48,735 nt of DNA from Acidobacteriota bacterium (GTDB lineage Bacteria > Acidobacteriota > Thermoanaerobaculia > UBA5066). The position numbers and the translations under genes are program-made. Shown here piece after piece: positions 16,304 through 25,964 of this stretch. Location: NCBI GenBank assembly GCA_037443065.1, contig JBBIPB010000003.1, positions 1 through 48,735 of the forward strand. Reading direction: 5' to 3'. Each line of letters starts with the position of its first letter. The stretch's first letter is position 1. Under the pieces are notes generated by a model. That model was not told the DNA's origin. It was given only the letters and a program-made list of their open reading frames with translations, and ran no database searches.

Positions 16304-17746
16304 ATGGTCTCCCGTTCGACGCTTGATCCCTTTTCGCCGTTGGAGCCGCTCCTCGCGGCCGTTCGGCGCTCGCCACTCCCGCCCTTCCTTTTCATCTCCG
16401 GGGACGACGACTGGATCGTCGCCGAGGCCGTCAGGCGCCTCGCATCCGCCTTCCGCGAGGCCTTCGCCGAGGGCGAGGTGGCCGCGTACGAAGGCACGTC
16501 CGAAGGAGTGAAGGAAGCTGTCGCGGATTCCGCGACCGTCGCGCTCTTCGCGACGAACCGCCTCGTCCTTCTCGAGGCCACGGAGCTCCTCAGGACCCGA
16601 AAGCTTACGGCCGACGAGCTGGACGCGCTCCTCGACGAGGCAGCCGAAGCGGCCCCGCCGGAGTCCGGCGGATCCGCCCCTCCGGCCCTGCGCCGCGCGG
16701 CGCGGCGTGCCGCCGCGCTCGCCGCGGCAGCCGGGATCGGCGCGGCGCCGGATCCGGAGGAGGCCGCCCGGCGGCTCGCGGGACGCGTGAAGCGGGGCGA
16801 GAGGACGCCCGAGCTCGCGCAGCTCCTCTCCCTCGCGGCCGCGTGCGGCGAGACCGGCGAGGTGTCGGCGGCGCCGCTCGCCGACTACGCGTCGCGCGCG
16901 ACCCCGGGCGACAACGCGCTCGTCGTCTCCGCTGTCCTTCCAGACCCGGAGCACAGCGCCGCCGGCGCCCTTTCGCGCGCGGGCCTCGCGGCCGTCCTCT
17001 CCGCCTCCTCGGACGAGGCGCGGCGGGGGAGGCTCGTCGCGCTCGGCGCCGAACGGGCGGTCGAGCGGGGAGCGCTCGTCGATCCCGAAGTCTTCGGAGT
17101 CCTCACGCTTCGGGGCCGGCTTGCTGCGAGGGCCTTCCTTCTCGATCTCGACCGGCTGATCGACGGGGCAGCGGGAACGCGCGTGACGGAGGAGGACGCG
17201 GAACGGCTCGTCGCGGACGAAAGGAAAGAATACGGCTCGGATTTCGTGGAGGCCGTCGCGGCACGACGCTTCGTCGAGGCGATCGGGATTCTGGAAAGAT
17301 TGCTCTCCGGAGGGGAGTTCACGGCCTTCCGCCCGGCTCCCGGCCGCGAGGAGGGAGCGCCGCCGCGAAAGGGACCACGGGGCGACGCGGCTTTCTTCCC
17401 TCTCCTCGGCCTCCTCGCGGCGGATCTCCGCCGGATGCTCCTTCTCAGGGCAGCGCTTTCCGAGCGGGAACTCGAGAACGGAAAGGGGCGCCGCCTCGAC
17501 TACCGTGCGTTTGCCGACCGGCTCGTTCCCGCGCTCCGGACGGCCCCCCCGGGGACGCCTCCACTTTTCGCCGACGTCCACCCGTATCTCCTCTTCCGGT
17601 CTTTTCAGGCGCTCGAGGGCTGGACGGTCCCGGATCTCGTCCGGGCGCTCCGCGATCTCTCCGGCGTCGATCGCGGGGCCAAGAGCGGGGGAGGAAGCGG
17701 TTTTTCGCTGATGGAGGCCTGGCTGCTCGCCCGCGCCGGGCACTGA
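16304..17746 (+). CDS. holA: DNA polymerase III delta subunit (HolA)-like, unusually long
   Basis: The N-terminal pattern is PPFLFISGDDDWIVAEAV...ALFATNRLVLL and the C-terminal pattern is VHPYLLFRSFQA...L..AL..L..VD...KSGG, which resembles HolA. An Ala-rich insertion makes it 480 aa. The call is by resemblance only. Confidence 0.5.
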   Translation: MVSRSTLDPFSPLEPLLAAVRRSPLPPFLFISGDDDWIVAEAVRRLASAFREAFAEGEVAAYEGTSEGVKEAVADSATVALFATNRLVLLEATELLRTRKLTADELDALLDEAAEAAPPESGGSAPPALRRAARRAAALAAAAGIGAAPDPEEAARRLAGRVKRGERTPELAQLLSLAAACGETGEVSAAPLADYASRATPGDNALVVSAVLPDPEHSAAGALSRAGLAAVLSASSDEARRGRLVALGAERAVERGALVDPEVFGVLTLRGRLAARAFLLDLDRLIDGAAGTRVTEEDAERLVADERKEYGSDFVEAVAARRFVEAIGILERLLSGGEFTAFRPAPGREEGAPPRKGPRGDAAFFPLLGLLAADLRRMLLLRAALSERELENGKGRRLDYRAFADRLVPALRTAPPGTPPLFADVHPYLLFRSFQALEGWTVPDLVRALRDLSGVDRGAKSGGGSGFSLMEAWLLARAGH

Positions 17747-17759
17747 GGCCCCGGCGGCT

Positions 17760-18578
17760 TCAGCTCTTTCCAGCGCGCCGCCACTCCCACTCGGTGAGGC
17801 GCTCGGCGGCGCCGATTCCGATGGCCCGGTGAAAATCCTCGACGAGCCGGGCGGCGTCCGGGTCCGAGAACGGCGGCGGGCCGAGACGGGCCGGGATCGC
17901 GTCGGACGCCTCGCCGGGCATCGAGGGGATGGCGAGTGCCGACAAAGGTGTGAGCGGCGAGAAGAAATTCTCCGGTCGCGTGAGGGCCGCTTCCGGGAGC
18001 GGGACGGGAGCCTCCTGCTTCGGTGCGCTTCGCGCCGGCGCGGGGCCGGACGCGGCCGGCGCATCGATCTTACGGAGACGTCGGACAGCCTCCACGACCT
18101 CTTCCCGGCGCCAGCCCCGGAGCTCGAGGATGAGGAGAGGGTCCGAGACGAGCCGTGCGGCAATGGCCGAGTGGACGGCGAGAAGATGGCTGCAAGGGGG
18201 TGGATCTCCGCAGCTGCACGACTGCTCGACCTCGGCCGGACGGCGCGGGAGGAGGCCGTGACGCATGTCGGCAAACGCGGCATCCGCGTCGGCCGGGAGG
18301 CTTCCGGCGAGGAGACTCGCCGCGGACGCAGCGCGATGGGCGAGCTTTCGCATTCCGGCCTCGAACGTGCGCGGCGCGAGCGGCTCGAGGCGGATCCGGA
18401 CGCGGTGCGGCCCCGCGCCGGCCCGCACGGTCGCCACGACGCCTTCGGGCCCGGCCGAAAGGCGGGTCGTCCGCCCTTTCGGAAGCGGGACGGCCCAGCC
18501 GAACCCCCGGAGCGCGGCGATCCAGCGCTCCCGCCAGCCCGGGAGCTGCGACATCAGGCTCGGCCTTTTCGCCGTCAT
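17760..18578 (-). CDS. SWIM zinc-finger protein
   Basis: The start is the internal ATG of track ORF 17760..20255 (MTAKRPSL...). The SWIM CxC-Xn-CxH motif is CSCGDPPPCSHLLAVH. The ATG overlaps the SNF2 stop (ATGA). Confidence 0.75.
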   Translation of the reverse strand: MTAKRPSLMSQLPGWRERWIAALRGFGWAVPLPKGRTTRLSAGPEGVVATVRAGAGPHRVRIRLEPLAPRTFEAGMRKLAHRAASAASLLAGSLPADADAAFADMRHGLLPRRPAEVEQSCSCGDPPPCSHLLAVHSAIAARLVSDPLLILELRGWRREEVVEAVRRLRKIDAPAASGPAPARSAPKQEAPVPLPEAALTRPENFFSPLTPLSALAIPSMPGEASDAIPARLGPPPFSDPDAARLVEDFHRAIGIGAAERLTEWEWRRAGKS

Positions 18579-21500
18579 CCGTCGGCCTCCATCTCCACCG
18601 CCTCCCGGGAAAGGGCGACGAGATCGGCGATCTCGGCGTCCGTGAGAGTGGCGAGCCACGTCTCGCCGGAGCCGACGATCGTGCGCGCGAGGTTCCGCTT
18701 CTCGTCCAGGAGCCGGTCGATCCGCTCCTCGAGCGTGCCGCGGCAGACGAACTTGTGGACCTGGACGTTCAGGGTCTGCCCGATCCGGAACGCGCGGTCG
18801 GTCGCCTGCTCCTCCACGGCGGGATTCCACCAGCGGTCGAAGTGAAAGACGTGCGAGGCGCGCGTCAGGTTCAGGCCGCTCCCGCCCGCCCGGAGAGAGA
18901 CGACGAAGACGAGCGGAGGATCGGCGTCCTCCTGAAAGCGGCGGACCATCTCGACGCGCGCGCGGCGCGGGACCGCCCCGTGGAGGAAGAGGGCTTCCGT
19001 GCCGAAATGCTCCTGGACGGAGCGGACGAGGATCTTTCCCATCTCCGCAAACTGGGTGAAGACGAGGGCCGGCCGCCGCTCCGCGCTCGTCTCCTCGAGC
19101 AGGGAGAGAAGGCGCGCGAGCTTCGCGGAGCGGGCGGCGGGACGTCCGTCGCCCCGGTCGAGGAGGGCCGGGTGGTCGCAGATCTGCTTCAGGCGAAGGA
19201 GGAGCAGGAGAACGCGCGCGCGCCGGCTGCGGCCCCGGGCCGCCCCGATCCCCGAAAGGAGAGCCCGGGTCGTCGCGCGGTAGAGCGCGGCCTGCTCTCG
19301 GGTGAGGCCGACGAACTCCTTCGTCTCGATCTTCTCGGGGAGATCCGCGACGACCCCGGGGTCGGTCTTCGCGCGGCGCAGGAGGAACGGCCCGGTCAGC
19401 CGCCGCAGGCGTTCGGTCGCCGCGGGATCCCGCTGCCGTTCGATCGGAAGGGCGAAGCTCCTCCGGAACTCGTCGTCGGTTCCGAGGAGACCCGGGTTCA
19501 GGAAGTCGAAGATCGACTTCAGCTCGGCAAGCCGGTTCTCCATCGGCGTCCCGGTGAGGGCCGCGCGGCGACGCGCCCGCAGGGCCCGGACGGCTCGCGA
19601 CTGGGCGGCGGCCGGGTTCTTGACGTTCTGCGCCTCGTCGAGCGCCACGTACTGCCAGTCGACGGGCCCGAAGAGGGCGCGGTCGCGGTGGGCGAGGCCG
19701 TACGTCGTCACGAGGATGTCGGTTCGCGAGAGGAGTGCGCCGAAGGCGGCGCCCGCCGCCCGGTCGGGGCCGTGGTGGACGGCCACCGTGAGGGAGGGGG
19801 CGAAGCGTGCGGCCTCCGTGATCCAGTTTTCCGCGACAGAGGTCGGGCAGACGAGGAGGGAGGGGCGGATCTCTTCCCCCGCCTCCCTGGCGGCGAGGAG
19901 GACGGTGAGGTACTGAAGCGTCTTGCCGAGGCCCATGTCGTCCGCGAGGCAGGCGCCGAGCCCCCGGGACGTCAGAAAGCGCATCCAGGCGACGCCGCGG
20001 CTCTGGTACGGGCGGAGCGTTCCGACGAGAGCGGCGGGCGGCGTGAAGGATGCGATCTCGCGCCGCGCCTCCATCGGGTCGAGGAACGTCTGCAGCCAGC
20101 CGTCTCCAGCGACGCTCTCCACGGGGTAGGCGCCCGTCTCGGCGTCGAGGCCGCTCGCGAGGTGCAGGAACTCGCCGAGAGTCGTCCGCCCGGCGGGACG
20201 CCGGTCGAAGAGGCGAAGCGTCCGCGCGAGATGCTCGCGGTCGAGGAGGACCCACTCGCCACGGACGGGAACGAGCGGGATCTTGCGTGCGGCCAGCTCC
20301 TCGAACTCCTCGGGCGTCAGCACCGTGTCGCCGACGGCGACGCGCCAGTCGAACGCGACCACGGTCTCGAGGCCGAAGCGGGTCAGGGATCCTCCCCGGC
20401 CACCGTCACCGGCGTGAAGCCGGAGAGAGACGCTCGCGAGCCGCCCCTCGTTGGGCAGGAGGACGCGGACCCCCGCGACCGAGAGAAGAGGCGCCTCCCG
20501 TGTCAGGAAGGAGTAGGCCTCCTCGAGCGTCAGCGCGGCCTCGACGGGATGCCGCGCCTCCAGGCTTCGCGCCACGGCGGGCGAGAGCGTCGACGCCGTC
20601 GCAAGGCGGGCGAGGAGCGCTTCCTGCGGCGCCGTGAAGAGCCGTCCGGAGCGGCGAATCGCCCCTTCCTTGATTCTCCAGATCTCTGCCGCATCCAGCT
20701 CGATCGCCGTCTCGTCGGATGCGGCGAGGTGGTAGCGAAGCCGCCACGGCGACCCGGCGTCGCCCGGAGGCGGGAGAATGCGGATCCCGAGGACGAGGGC
20801 GCCTTCCGGAAGCGGCTCGAGGAGCGGCAGGCTGTAGTCCGCGAGGCGCCCGAGGATCTCCGGCTCGAGCGGGGAACCGGGGGGCGCCGCGAGCGCTGCG
20901 GCGACGGCCCCTTCCGGCCCGCTTCCCGCGCGCCGCTGCTCGGCCGGCAGGACGTCCCGGATGAACTCGCGGGCTGCGGCGTCGACGACCTCCTCGAGGA
21001 AGAGCCGGACGGTCCGGACGGGCGACGGAAACGGTGACGTGGCCCGGACGGCGCCGCGCTCGCTCTCTGCCGTGGCGGTGCGCACGGCGAGGGGGAGCGC
21101 GGCCGCGAAGCGCTGCAGGCGGTCCCGCTCCGCCGGATCGGAGAGGACCGGCTTCCAGAGGGGGACGAAGGCGTTCGCAGACGGAGCCACGCGGCGGTGG
21201 AGGAGAAGGTCGAACGCCCAGCGCGCGGCCTCGGCCCAGTAGTCGAGGTCGTCTCCGGATCGCAGTTTCTGCAGCCGGGCGCGGAGGCTCGCCGCGAGGT
21301 TCGGTACGAAGTCGAGCGTCTCGATCGCCGTGAGCCGGATCGCGGAGATCTCGAACCAGCGGAGAGAGGGAGCGCCGGAGGCTCCGGCGTCCCGGAGATA
21401 CGACGCCGGGGCGACGGGCCAGCCGCCGCGCGACGGAAGCGCGACGCGAACGGCGTTTGCACGCGTCCGTCCGCCCGGAGCGGACCCGAGGCCGAGCGGC

Positions 21501-21661
21501 CGCAGGGATTCCTCGAGAGCGGCCGACGGGAGTGCGCGCGGGTGGCGTTCGGGCGGGGGGGTGTCTGGAGCCTCCCCTTCGGCCCAGAGGAGGAAGCCGG
21601 TGAGGGGGGGCTCGGAGAGCTCCGGCACGTAGACGCCGTGGAGGAGGATCAAGCCGTCCAT
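18575..21661 (-). CDS. SNF2-family DEAD/DEAH-box helicase with a long N-terminal SNF2-associated region
   Basis: Helicase motifs are present: LADDMGLGKT (I), DEAQNVKN (II), LTGTPMEN (III) and a C-terminal lobe with GGSGLNLT and QATDRAFRIGQ. Confidence 0.9.
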   Translation of the reverse strand: MDGLILLHGVYVPELSEPPLTGFLLWAEGEAPDTPPPERHPRALPSAALEESLRPLGLGSAPGGRTRANAVRVALPSRGGWPVAPASYLRDAGASGAPSLRWFEISAIRLTAIETLDFVPNLAASLRARLQKLRSGDDLDYWAEAARWAFDLLLHRRVAPSANAFVPLWKPVLSDPAERDRLQRFAAALPLAVRTATAESERGAVRATSPFPSPVRTVRLFLEEVVDAAAREFIRDVLPAEQRRAGSGPEGAVAAALAAPPGSPLEPEILGRLADYSLPLLEPLPEGALVLGIRILPPPGDAGSPWRLRYHLAASDETAIELDAAEIWRIKEGAIRRSGRLFTAPQEALLARLATASTLSPAVARSLEARHPVEAALTLEEAYSFLTREAPLLSVAGVRVLLPNEGRLASVSLRLHAGDGGRGGSLTRFGLETVVAFDWRVAVGDTVLTPEEFEELAARKIPLVPVRGEWVLLDREHLARTLRLFDRRPAGRTTLGEFLHLASGLDAETGAYPVESVAGDGWLQTFLDPMEARREIASFTPPAALVGTLRPYQSRGVAWMRFLTSRGLGACLADDMGLGKTLQYLTVLLAAREAGEEIRPSLLVCPTSVAENWITEAARFAPSLTVAVHHGPDRAAGAAFGALLSRTDILVTTYGLAHRDRALFGPVDWQYVALDEAQNVKNPAAAQSRAVRALRARRRAALTGTPMENRLAELKSIFDFLNPGLLGTDDEFRRSFALPIERQRDPAATERLRRLTGPFLLRRAKTDPGVVADLPEKIETKEFVGLTREQAALYRATTRALLSGIGAARGRSRRARVLLLLLRLKQICDHPALLDRGDGRPAARSAKLARLLSLLEETSAERRPALVFTQFAEMGKILVRSVQEHFGTEALFLHGAVPRRARVEMVRRFQEDADPPLVFVVSLRAGGSGLNLTRASHVFHFDRWWNPAVEEQATDRAFRIGQTLNVQVHKFVCRGTLEERIDRLLDEKRNLARTIVGSGETWLATLTDAEIADLVALSREAVEMEADG

Positions 21662-21674
21662 TGTCGCAGAAAGA

Positions 21675-22235
21675 GTGGGGACGCGGCCCGAGCAGAGGAG
21701 CCCGGGTTTATCCTCCGCCCCGATGAAGCCTTACGAACTCTTCCGCCGCCTCTCCTCCGGGGAGAGCGCCGAGATCGTTCGGGCCGCGTGCGAGGACGAC
21801 GGCGTTCCGGACCGGCTCGCCGCCACCGTCCTCTCCGTCCAGAACATCAGCCTCGCGCGGTTCGGGCGCCTGCCGGAAGAGACGCGGAAGGCCTACGTGC
21901 GGCGGACCCTTCGGGACCGGCGCGCCGCCGAGCTCGGCCTCTTCGTCCTCTCGGCCGCCCTCGTCCGGCGGCATGAGGGGCTGATCGAGACATTCCTCTC
22001 GGCGGCCGGCCTCCCGCACGAAGGCGCTGTCGTGTCGGTGGAGGGCGAGATTCCCGAGCCTCGGGAGGCGACGGTGAATGCTGCGGTCGACCGGCTCCTC
22101 GCGCGATACCCTGAGCGGGACGCCGCGATCTATCTCCACGCCTTCGCGGCGCAGCCCGACGTGGCCTGGCCGTCTCTCGCGTCTCGGCTCGCCGCGGACG
22201 CGAGGCTTCAGGTCGAGGATCTCTCCGCGTCCTGA
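21675..22235 (+). CDS. Hypothetical protein
   Basis: The ORF has coding-like composition and no recognisable motif. An alternative ATG start lies at 21723 (MKPYELF). Its 3' end overlaps the convergent rsmI by 28 nt. Confidence 0.45.
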   Translation: MGTRPEQRSPGLSSAPMKPYELFRRLSSGESAEIVRAACEDDGVPDRLAATVLSVQNISLARFGRLPEETRKAYVRRTLRDRRAAELGLFVLSAALVRRHEGLIETFLSAAGLPHEGAVVSVEGEIPEPREATVNAAVDRLLARYPERDAAIYLHAFAAQPDVAWPSLASRLAADARLQVEDLSAS

Positions 22236-22924
22236 GGCGAGGCGTTCGCCGCGTTCGGCGCCACGGCGAGGGCGAGCTCGCCTTTCACTCCCGGACGCTC
22301 CGCCAGGGTCGTCGCGACTTCCGTGGCGCGTCCGCGGAGGATCTCCTCGTGGACCTTCGTCAGCTCGCGCCCGACGGCGACCTCGGGGTCGCCCCACGCG
22401 GCGGCGAGGGCCCGAAGCGACTCGACAATCCGGAACGGGGACTCGAAGAGGACTGCGGTTCCCTCGCGCCGGGAGCGCGAGGCGAGCCAGCGGTCGCGCT
22501 CCCCGCGGCGAGCCGGCGGAAAGCCGAAGAACGTGAAGGGGACTGCCGGAAAGCCGCTCGCGGCGAGGATTGCGAGGACGGCGGAGGGTCCGGGGAGCGG
22601 CTCGACCCGGTAGCCGGCCGCCGCCGCCGCCGCAACGAGCCGCTGGCCGGGGTCCGAGACCGCCGGCGTCCCGGCGTCCGAGACGAGGGCCAGAGTCTCG
22701 CCCTGCGAGAGGCGCGCGAGGGCCTCGGCGATCCGCCGGTGCTCATTGTGCTCGTGGCACGAGACGCGCGGCGTCGTCAGGCCGTGCCGCGCGAACAGGT
22801 GCTGCGTCCGGCGCGTGTCCTCGCAGTAGACGACGGCGGCCGACGCGAGCGCCTCGCGGGCGCGTGGGGAAAGGTCGTCGAGGTTCCCGATCGGCGTCGC
22901 CACGACGAGAAGCCGTCCGCTCAC
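22208..22924 (-). CDS. rsmI: 16S rRNA (cytidine1402-2'-O)-methyltransferase RsmI
   Basis: The GTG at 22924 gives SGRLLVVATPIGNLDDLSPRA...YCEDTR....L. SDAGTP.VSDPG and RELTK.HEE are RsmI signatures. Confidence 0.85.
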   Translation of the reverse strand: MSGRLLVVATPIGNLDDLSPRAREALASAAVVYCEDTRRTQHLFARHGLTTPRVSCHEHNEHRRIAEALARLSQGETLALVSDAGTPAVSDPGQRLVAAAAAAGYRVEPLPGPSAVLAILAASGFPAVPFTFFGFPPARRGERDRWLASRSRREGTAVLFESPFRIVESLRALAAAWGDPEVAVGRELTKVHEEILRGRATEVATTLAERPGVKGELALAVAPNAANASPQDAERSST

Positions 22925-22929
22925 GCCCG

Positions 22930-22954
22930 GATCGTAGCGCCCCTTGCTACGATC
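22930..22954. promoter_or_regulatory. Inverted repeat GATCGTAGC-N7-GCTACGATC filling the 35-bp rsmI / SurA-like divergent gap
   Basis: The two 9-bp arms are perfectly complementary, checked by hand. Confidence 0.5.
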
Positions 22955-22959
22955 GCACG

Positions 22960-23640
22960 GTGATCCCGGCGCCCGCCGCTCTGCTCTCGCTCCTTCTCGC
23001 CGCCCAGACCCCCGTTCCCGCGGCCGTGCCGCCGACGGCGACGCCCGCGCCCGCATTCGTCCTCGACCGGATCGCCGCCGTCGTGGGAGACGAGATCATT
23101 CTCGAGAGCGAGGTCGAGAAGCTCGTCGCCGTCCGCTACCTGCGGGGGATTCCCGGCGAGAGCCACGGCGCCTACCGCGACCGGGTCCTCGAGGAGCTCG
23201 TGACGGACGCGCTGCGCGACCGCGAGCTCCGGAAGGCCGGAGGGCTCGACCCGGACCCGGCCGAGGTGGAGCGCCGCATGAAGGCGCTCGCCGATCGCGT
23301 CGAGCGGGAGAGAGGAATGCCGTTCGACGAGGTCCTGAAGGGCGCGGGGATCTCCCGCGGAGAGGTCACGGCACGGGTCCGGAAAGGCCTCATGCTGGAA
23401 ACCTTCACGCGCGAGCGGCTGTCCGCGACCGTCCGCGTGACGGATGACGAGATCCGGGCGTTCTACGAAGGCCCGTTCCGGGACGAGGCGCGCGAAAAGG
23501 GTCTCGAGTCGCTTCCGCCGCTTTCCGAGGTCTCCGACGAGGTCCGGGAGCTGGTCCGCGAGCGGAAGCTGAACGACGCGATCGCACGCTGGACGGACGA
23601 TCTCCGGAAGTCGACCCGCATCCTGGTCTACCGGCGCTGA
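22960..23640 (+). CDS. SurA N-terminal-domain periplasmic chaperone-like protein (no PPIase domain)
   Basis: The GTG at 22960 is followed by a signal peptide and then DRIAAVVGDEIILESEV, the typical SurA_N opening. The protein is helical and Arg/Glu-rich, 226 aa. Confidence 0.6.
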   Translation: MIPAPAALLSLLLAAQTPVPAAVPPTATPAPAFVLDRIAAVVGDEIILESEVEKLVAVRYLRGIPGESHGAYRDRVLEELVTDALRDRELRKAGGLDPDPAEVERRMKALADRVERERGMPFDEVLKGAGISRGEVTARVRKGLMLETFTRERLSATVRVTDDEIRAFYEGPFRDEAREKGLESLPPLSEVSDEVRELVRERKLNDAIARWTDDLRKSTRILVYRR

Positions 23641-25964
23641 GGCGCGGGCTCGGCGAGGCGGTAGAGGCCGCGGTGGGAGAGGACCCGGCGCAGGTACGTC
23701 CGCGTCTGCGCATACGTGATCGCCGCGAGGAGCGCCTCGGCGGGTGACGTCGCCGCGCCGACCCAGAGGACCGTCTGTCCGGCACCGGCGTTGTATCCGG
23801 AGATCGTGCGGACCGGGTCGCCGTCGAACCGCGTGAGGAGCCCCCGGAGCGTCTGCGCCCCGAGGCGGAGAGAGCGGGCCGGCTCGTAGAGCTGCAGGTA
23901 GGCCGGCGGCTCCTCCGAGAGCTGGCGGGCCGCCTCTCCCGCCGTCGGAAGCGTCAGCTGCATCAGGCCGCGGGCGGCGGCCGGAGAGGCGGCCTCCCGG
24001 TCGAAGCCGCTCTCCTGCCGCATGACCGCGTAGAGGAGGTCGTGAGGCACGCCGCTCTCCCGCGCGGCGTCCGCCACGATGCGGTCGAAGGGACGAGGAG
24101 CGAGGGCGCGGCGGACGGAGAGCGGCGCGAGCTCGAGGAGAAAGTCCTTCGGGATCTTCCGCGCGAGCGCTTCAGCCGCCTCGAGCGCGAAGGGGCCGGC
24201 GTCCGCCTGCTCGGCGAGACGCGCCGAGGCCATGCACCCGAGGATCGTGTCGAGGCGCGCGGCGTCGCGGACGATCGGCGCCGCCTCCTCCGCGAGTCCG
24301 AGCTGGATGAGCCGGCACGCCCCCGCGTCACCGCAGAGCGTCGGGAGCGTGTCGGCTCCGAGCTCGGGGGCGAGGAGCACCTCGGAGTAGCCCGGGAGAG
24401 CGCCATAGGCGACACGAAGGAGGTCGCGGGCGGCGTCATCTCCCAGCGAGGCCGCGGCGAGGAGCGGCGCGAGGGCGTCGCGCGGAGCGCCGCGCGAGAG
24501 GGCCGCCTCCCCGAGTGCCCGGCGCTGCCGGACGAGGGCGGCCCGGACCGGCTCCGGGAGCCCGAGAGCACGCCGCCGCGCGAGCTCGGCCGCCTCTGAA
24601 GAGGGCTGGCGAGAGAGGAGGCGGGCGTACGCGGTGAGCGCCGCGCGAGGGTCTCCTGCCGCCTCGGCGACCCGGCCGTGCCAGAAGGAGATCTCCGATT
24701 TCCAGGGCTCGGGGAGGCGGCGGGCTCGCAGAAGCGAAACGACTCCGTCCAGCGCCCGCCGCGCGCCGGCGGCGTCGCCCGTCTCTGCGCGGCGGAGGAC
24801 GAGCGTCAGAAGCCCCTCGACTCGTCCGGGCTCGCGCGCGAGGACCGGATCGCGGAGGATCGCCTCCGCCGCGTCGAAACGCGAGAGCCGGGTCAGGATC
24901 CGGACCCGCTGGAGCATCGAGAGCTTCCACGGGCCTGTCCGCCCCTTCTCGGCGCGCCGGAGCTCGGCAGCAGCCGATTCGAGTTCCCCGAGCTTCTCGA
25001 GCGCCGCGGCGTAGTTGAACCGGACCCGTGTGAGGAAGCCGGCCGTCCCGGGGGCGTCGTCGCCCCGGTGCTTCGCGGGCTTCAGACTGGCCGGCGGGTC
25101 CGCGAGGAGGTCGCGAAAGAGGGCCGCGGCATCCACGAAGAGGCCGCGGGAGGCGTAGAGGCGGCCGAGCTCGAAGCGGGCCGCGAGGCGCTCCTCGGCG
25201 TCGCTGCCGGCGGCGGCGCGCCGGTCCCGCTCGACGAGGAGGCGCTGGGCGATCTCGAGATCCCGCTGCGCGCGCGCCGTGTCGACGAGGAGGCGGAGGA
25301 GCCGATCGGGAATCGCCGTCACGTCCGTGCCGCGCATCTCGCGGGCGAGGACGACGGCCGCGGCATCGTCGCGCCCGCCCTCCCGGAGGATCTCCTCGCG
25401 GAGGGCCGCGGCCTCCCGCGCGGCGCCGGCTGCCTCCAGATCGTCGGCGCGGAGGGCGATCAGGCGCCGCCGCTCGCGGGGAGCCGCAGGGGGGCGCGCC
25501 TTCAGCAGACGCGCGAGGACGGCCGGATCGCGCGTCGTCTCGAGAGCGTCGAGCGTGATCCGGAGGGCCCGACGGGCCACATACGTTCCTTTTCGCTGGA
25601 GGAGAGGGAGAAGGAGGTCGAGCGCGGCGTTCCCCTCCCCCGTCTGGAAGCGGATCTGGGCGGCCGCGAGCCGCGTGGGGACCTCGAAGAGGTCCTGGGG
25701 CGTGAGGAAACGCTCGAAGCGGGAGAGCGCCTCGGCGGGGTGCCCGGTGGCCGCAAGGGCCCTCGCCGCGAGGTAGTCGAAACGGCCGTCCGCGTACCGG
25801 TCGGGGCTCTCCTTCTGGAGTTCTTGCAGGGCGTCGAGGACAGCTCCCCACTCCCCGGCGAGCGCGGCGGAGCGCGCCGCCCGCTCGAGGTCGGCTTCCG
25901 CCCTCGCGGGTGCCGGGAGGGCGAGGAGAGCGGCGAGCGCGAGGACGCTCAGCCGGGGGGCCAA
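23628..25964 (-). CDS. Soluble lytic murein transglycosylase (Slt70-like superhelical N-terminus plus SLT domain)
   Basis: A signal peptide is followed by a long Ala/Leu/Arg-rich helical-repeat region. The C-terminal SLT catalytic motif is LLYAVMRQESGFD...S.A.A.GLMQL. Confidence 0.8.
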   Translation of the reverse strand: MAPRLSVLALAALLALPAPARAEADLERAARSAALAGEWGAVLDALQELQKESPDRYADGRFDYLAARALAATGHPAEALSRFERFLTPQDLFEVPTRLAAAQIRFQTGEGNAALDLLLPLLQRKGTYVARRALRITLDALETTRDPAVLARLLKARPPAAPRERRRLIALRADDLEAAGAAREAAALREEILREGGRDDAAAVVLAREMRGTDVTAIPDRLLRLLVDTARAQRDLEIAQRLLVERDRRAAAGSDAEERLAARFELGRLYASRGLFVDAAALFRDLLADPPASLKPAKHRGDDAPGTAGFLTRVRFNYAAALEKLGELESAAAELRRAEKGRTGPWKLSMLQRVRILTRLSRFDAAEAILRDPVLAREPGRVEGLLTLVLRRAETGDAAGARRALDGVVSLLRARRLPEPWKSEISFWHGRVAEAAGDPRAALTAYARLLSRQPSSEAAELARRRALGLPEPVRAALVRQRRALGEAALSRGAPRDALAPLLAAASLGDDAARDLLRVAYGALPGYSEVLLAPELGADTLPTLCGDAGACRLIQLGLAEEAAPIVRDAARLDTILGCMASARLAEQADAGPFALEAAEALARKIPKDFLLELAPLSVRRALAPRPFDRIVADAARESGVPHDLLYAVMRQESGFDREAASPAAARGLMQLTLPTAGEAARQLSEEPPAYLQLYEPARSLRLGAQTLRGLLTRFDGDPVRTISGYNAGAGQTVLWVGAATSPAEALLAAITYAQTRTYLRRVLSHRGLYRLAEPAPQRR

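Noticed and set aside
18155-21037. 960-aa plus-strand ORF antisense to the SNF2 helicase, and the N-terminal 550 codons of ORF 17760..20255 in an alternative minus-strand frame
   Set aside because: The sequence is Arg/Gly/Pro/Glu-dominated with no recognisable domain. The SNF2 frame carries all the helicase motifs, and only the last 272 codons of 17760..20255 (the SWIM protein) look real.
24436-25851. 471-aa minus-strand ORF and ORF 24678..26051 (plus strand), both overlapping the Slt gene
   Set aside because: These are extreme Arg/Pro/Gly-rich alternative frames. The Slt frame has a signal peptide and the SLT catalytic motif.
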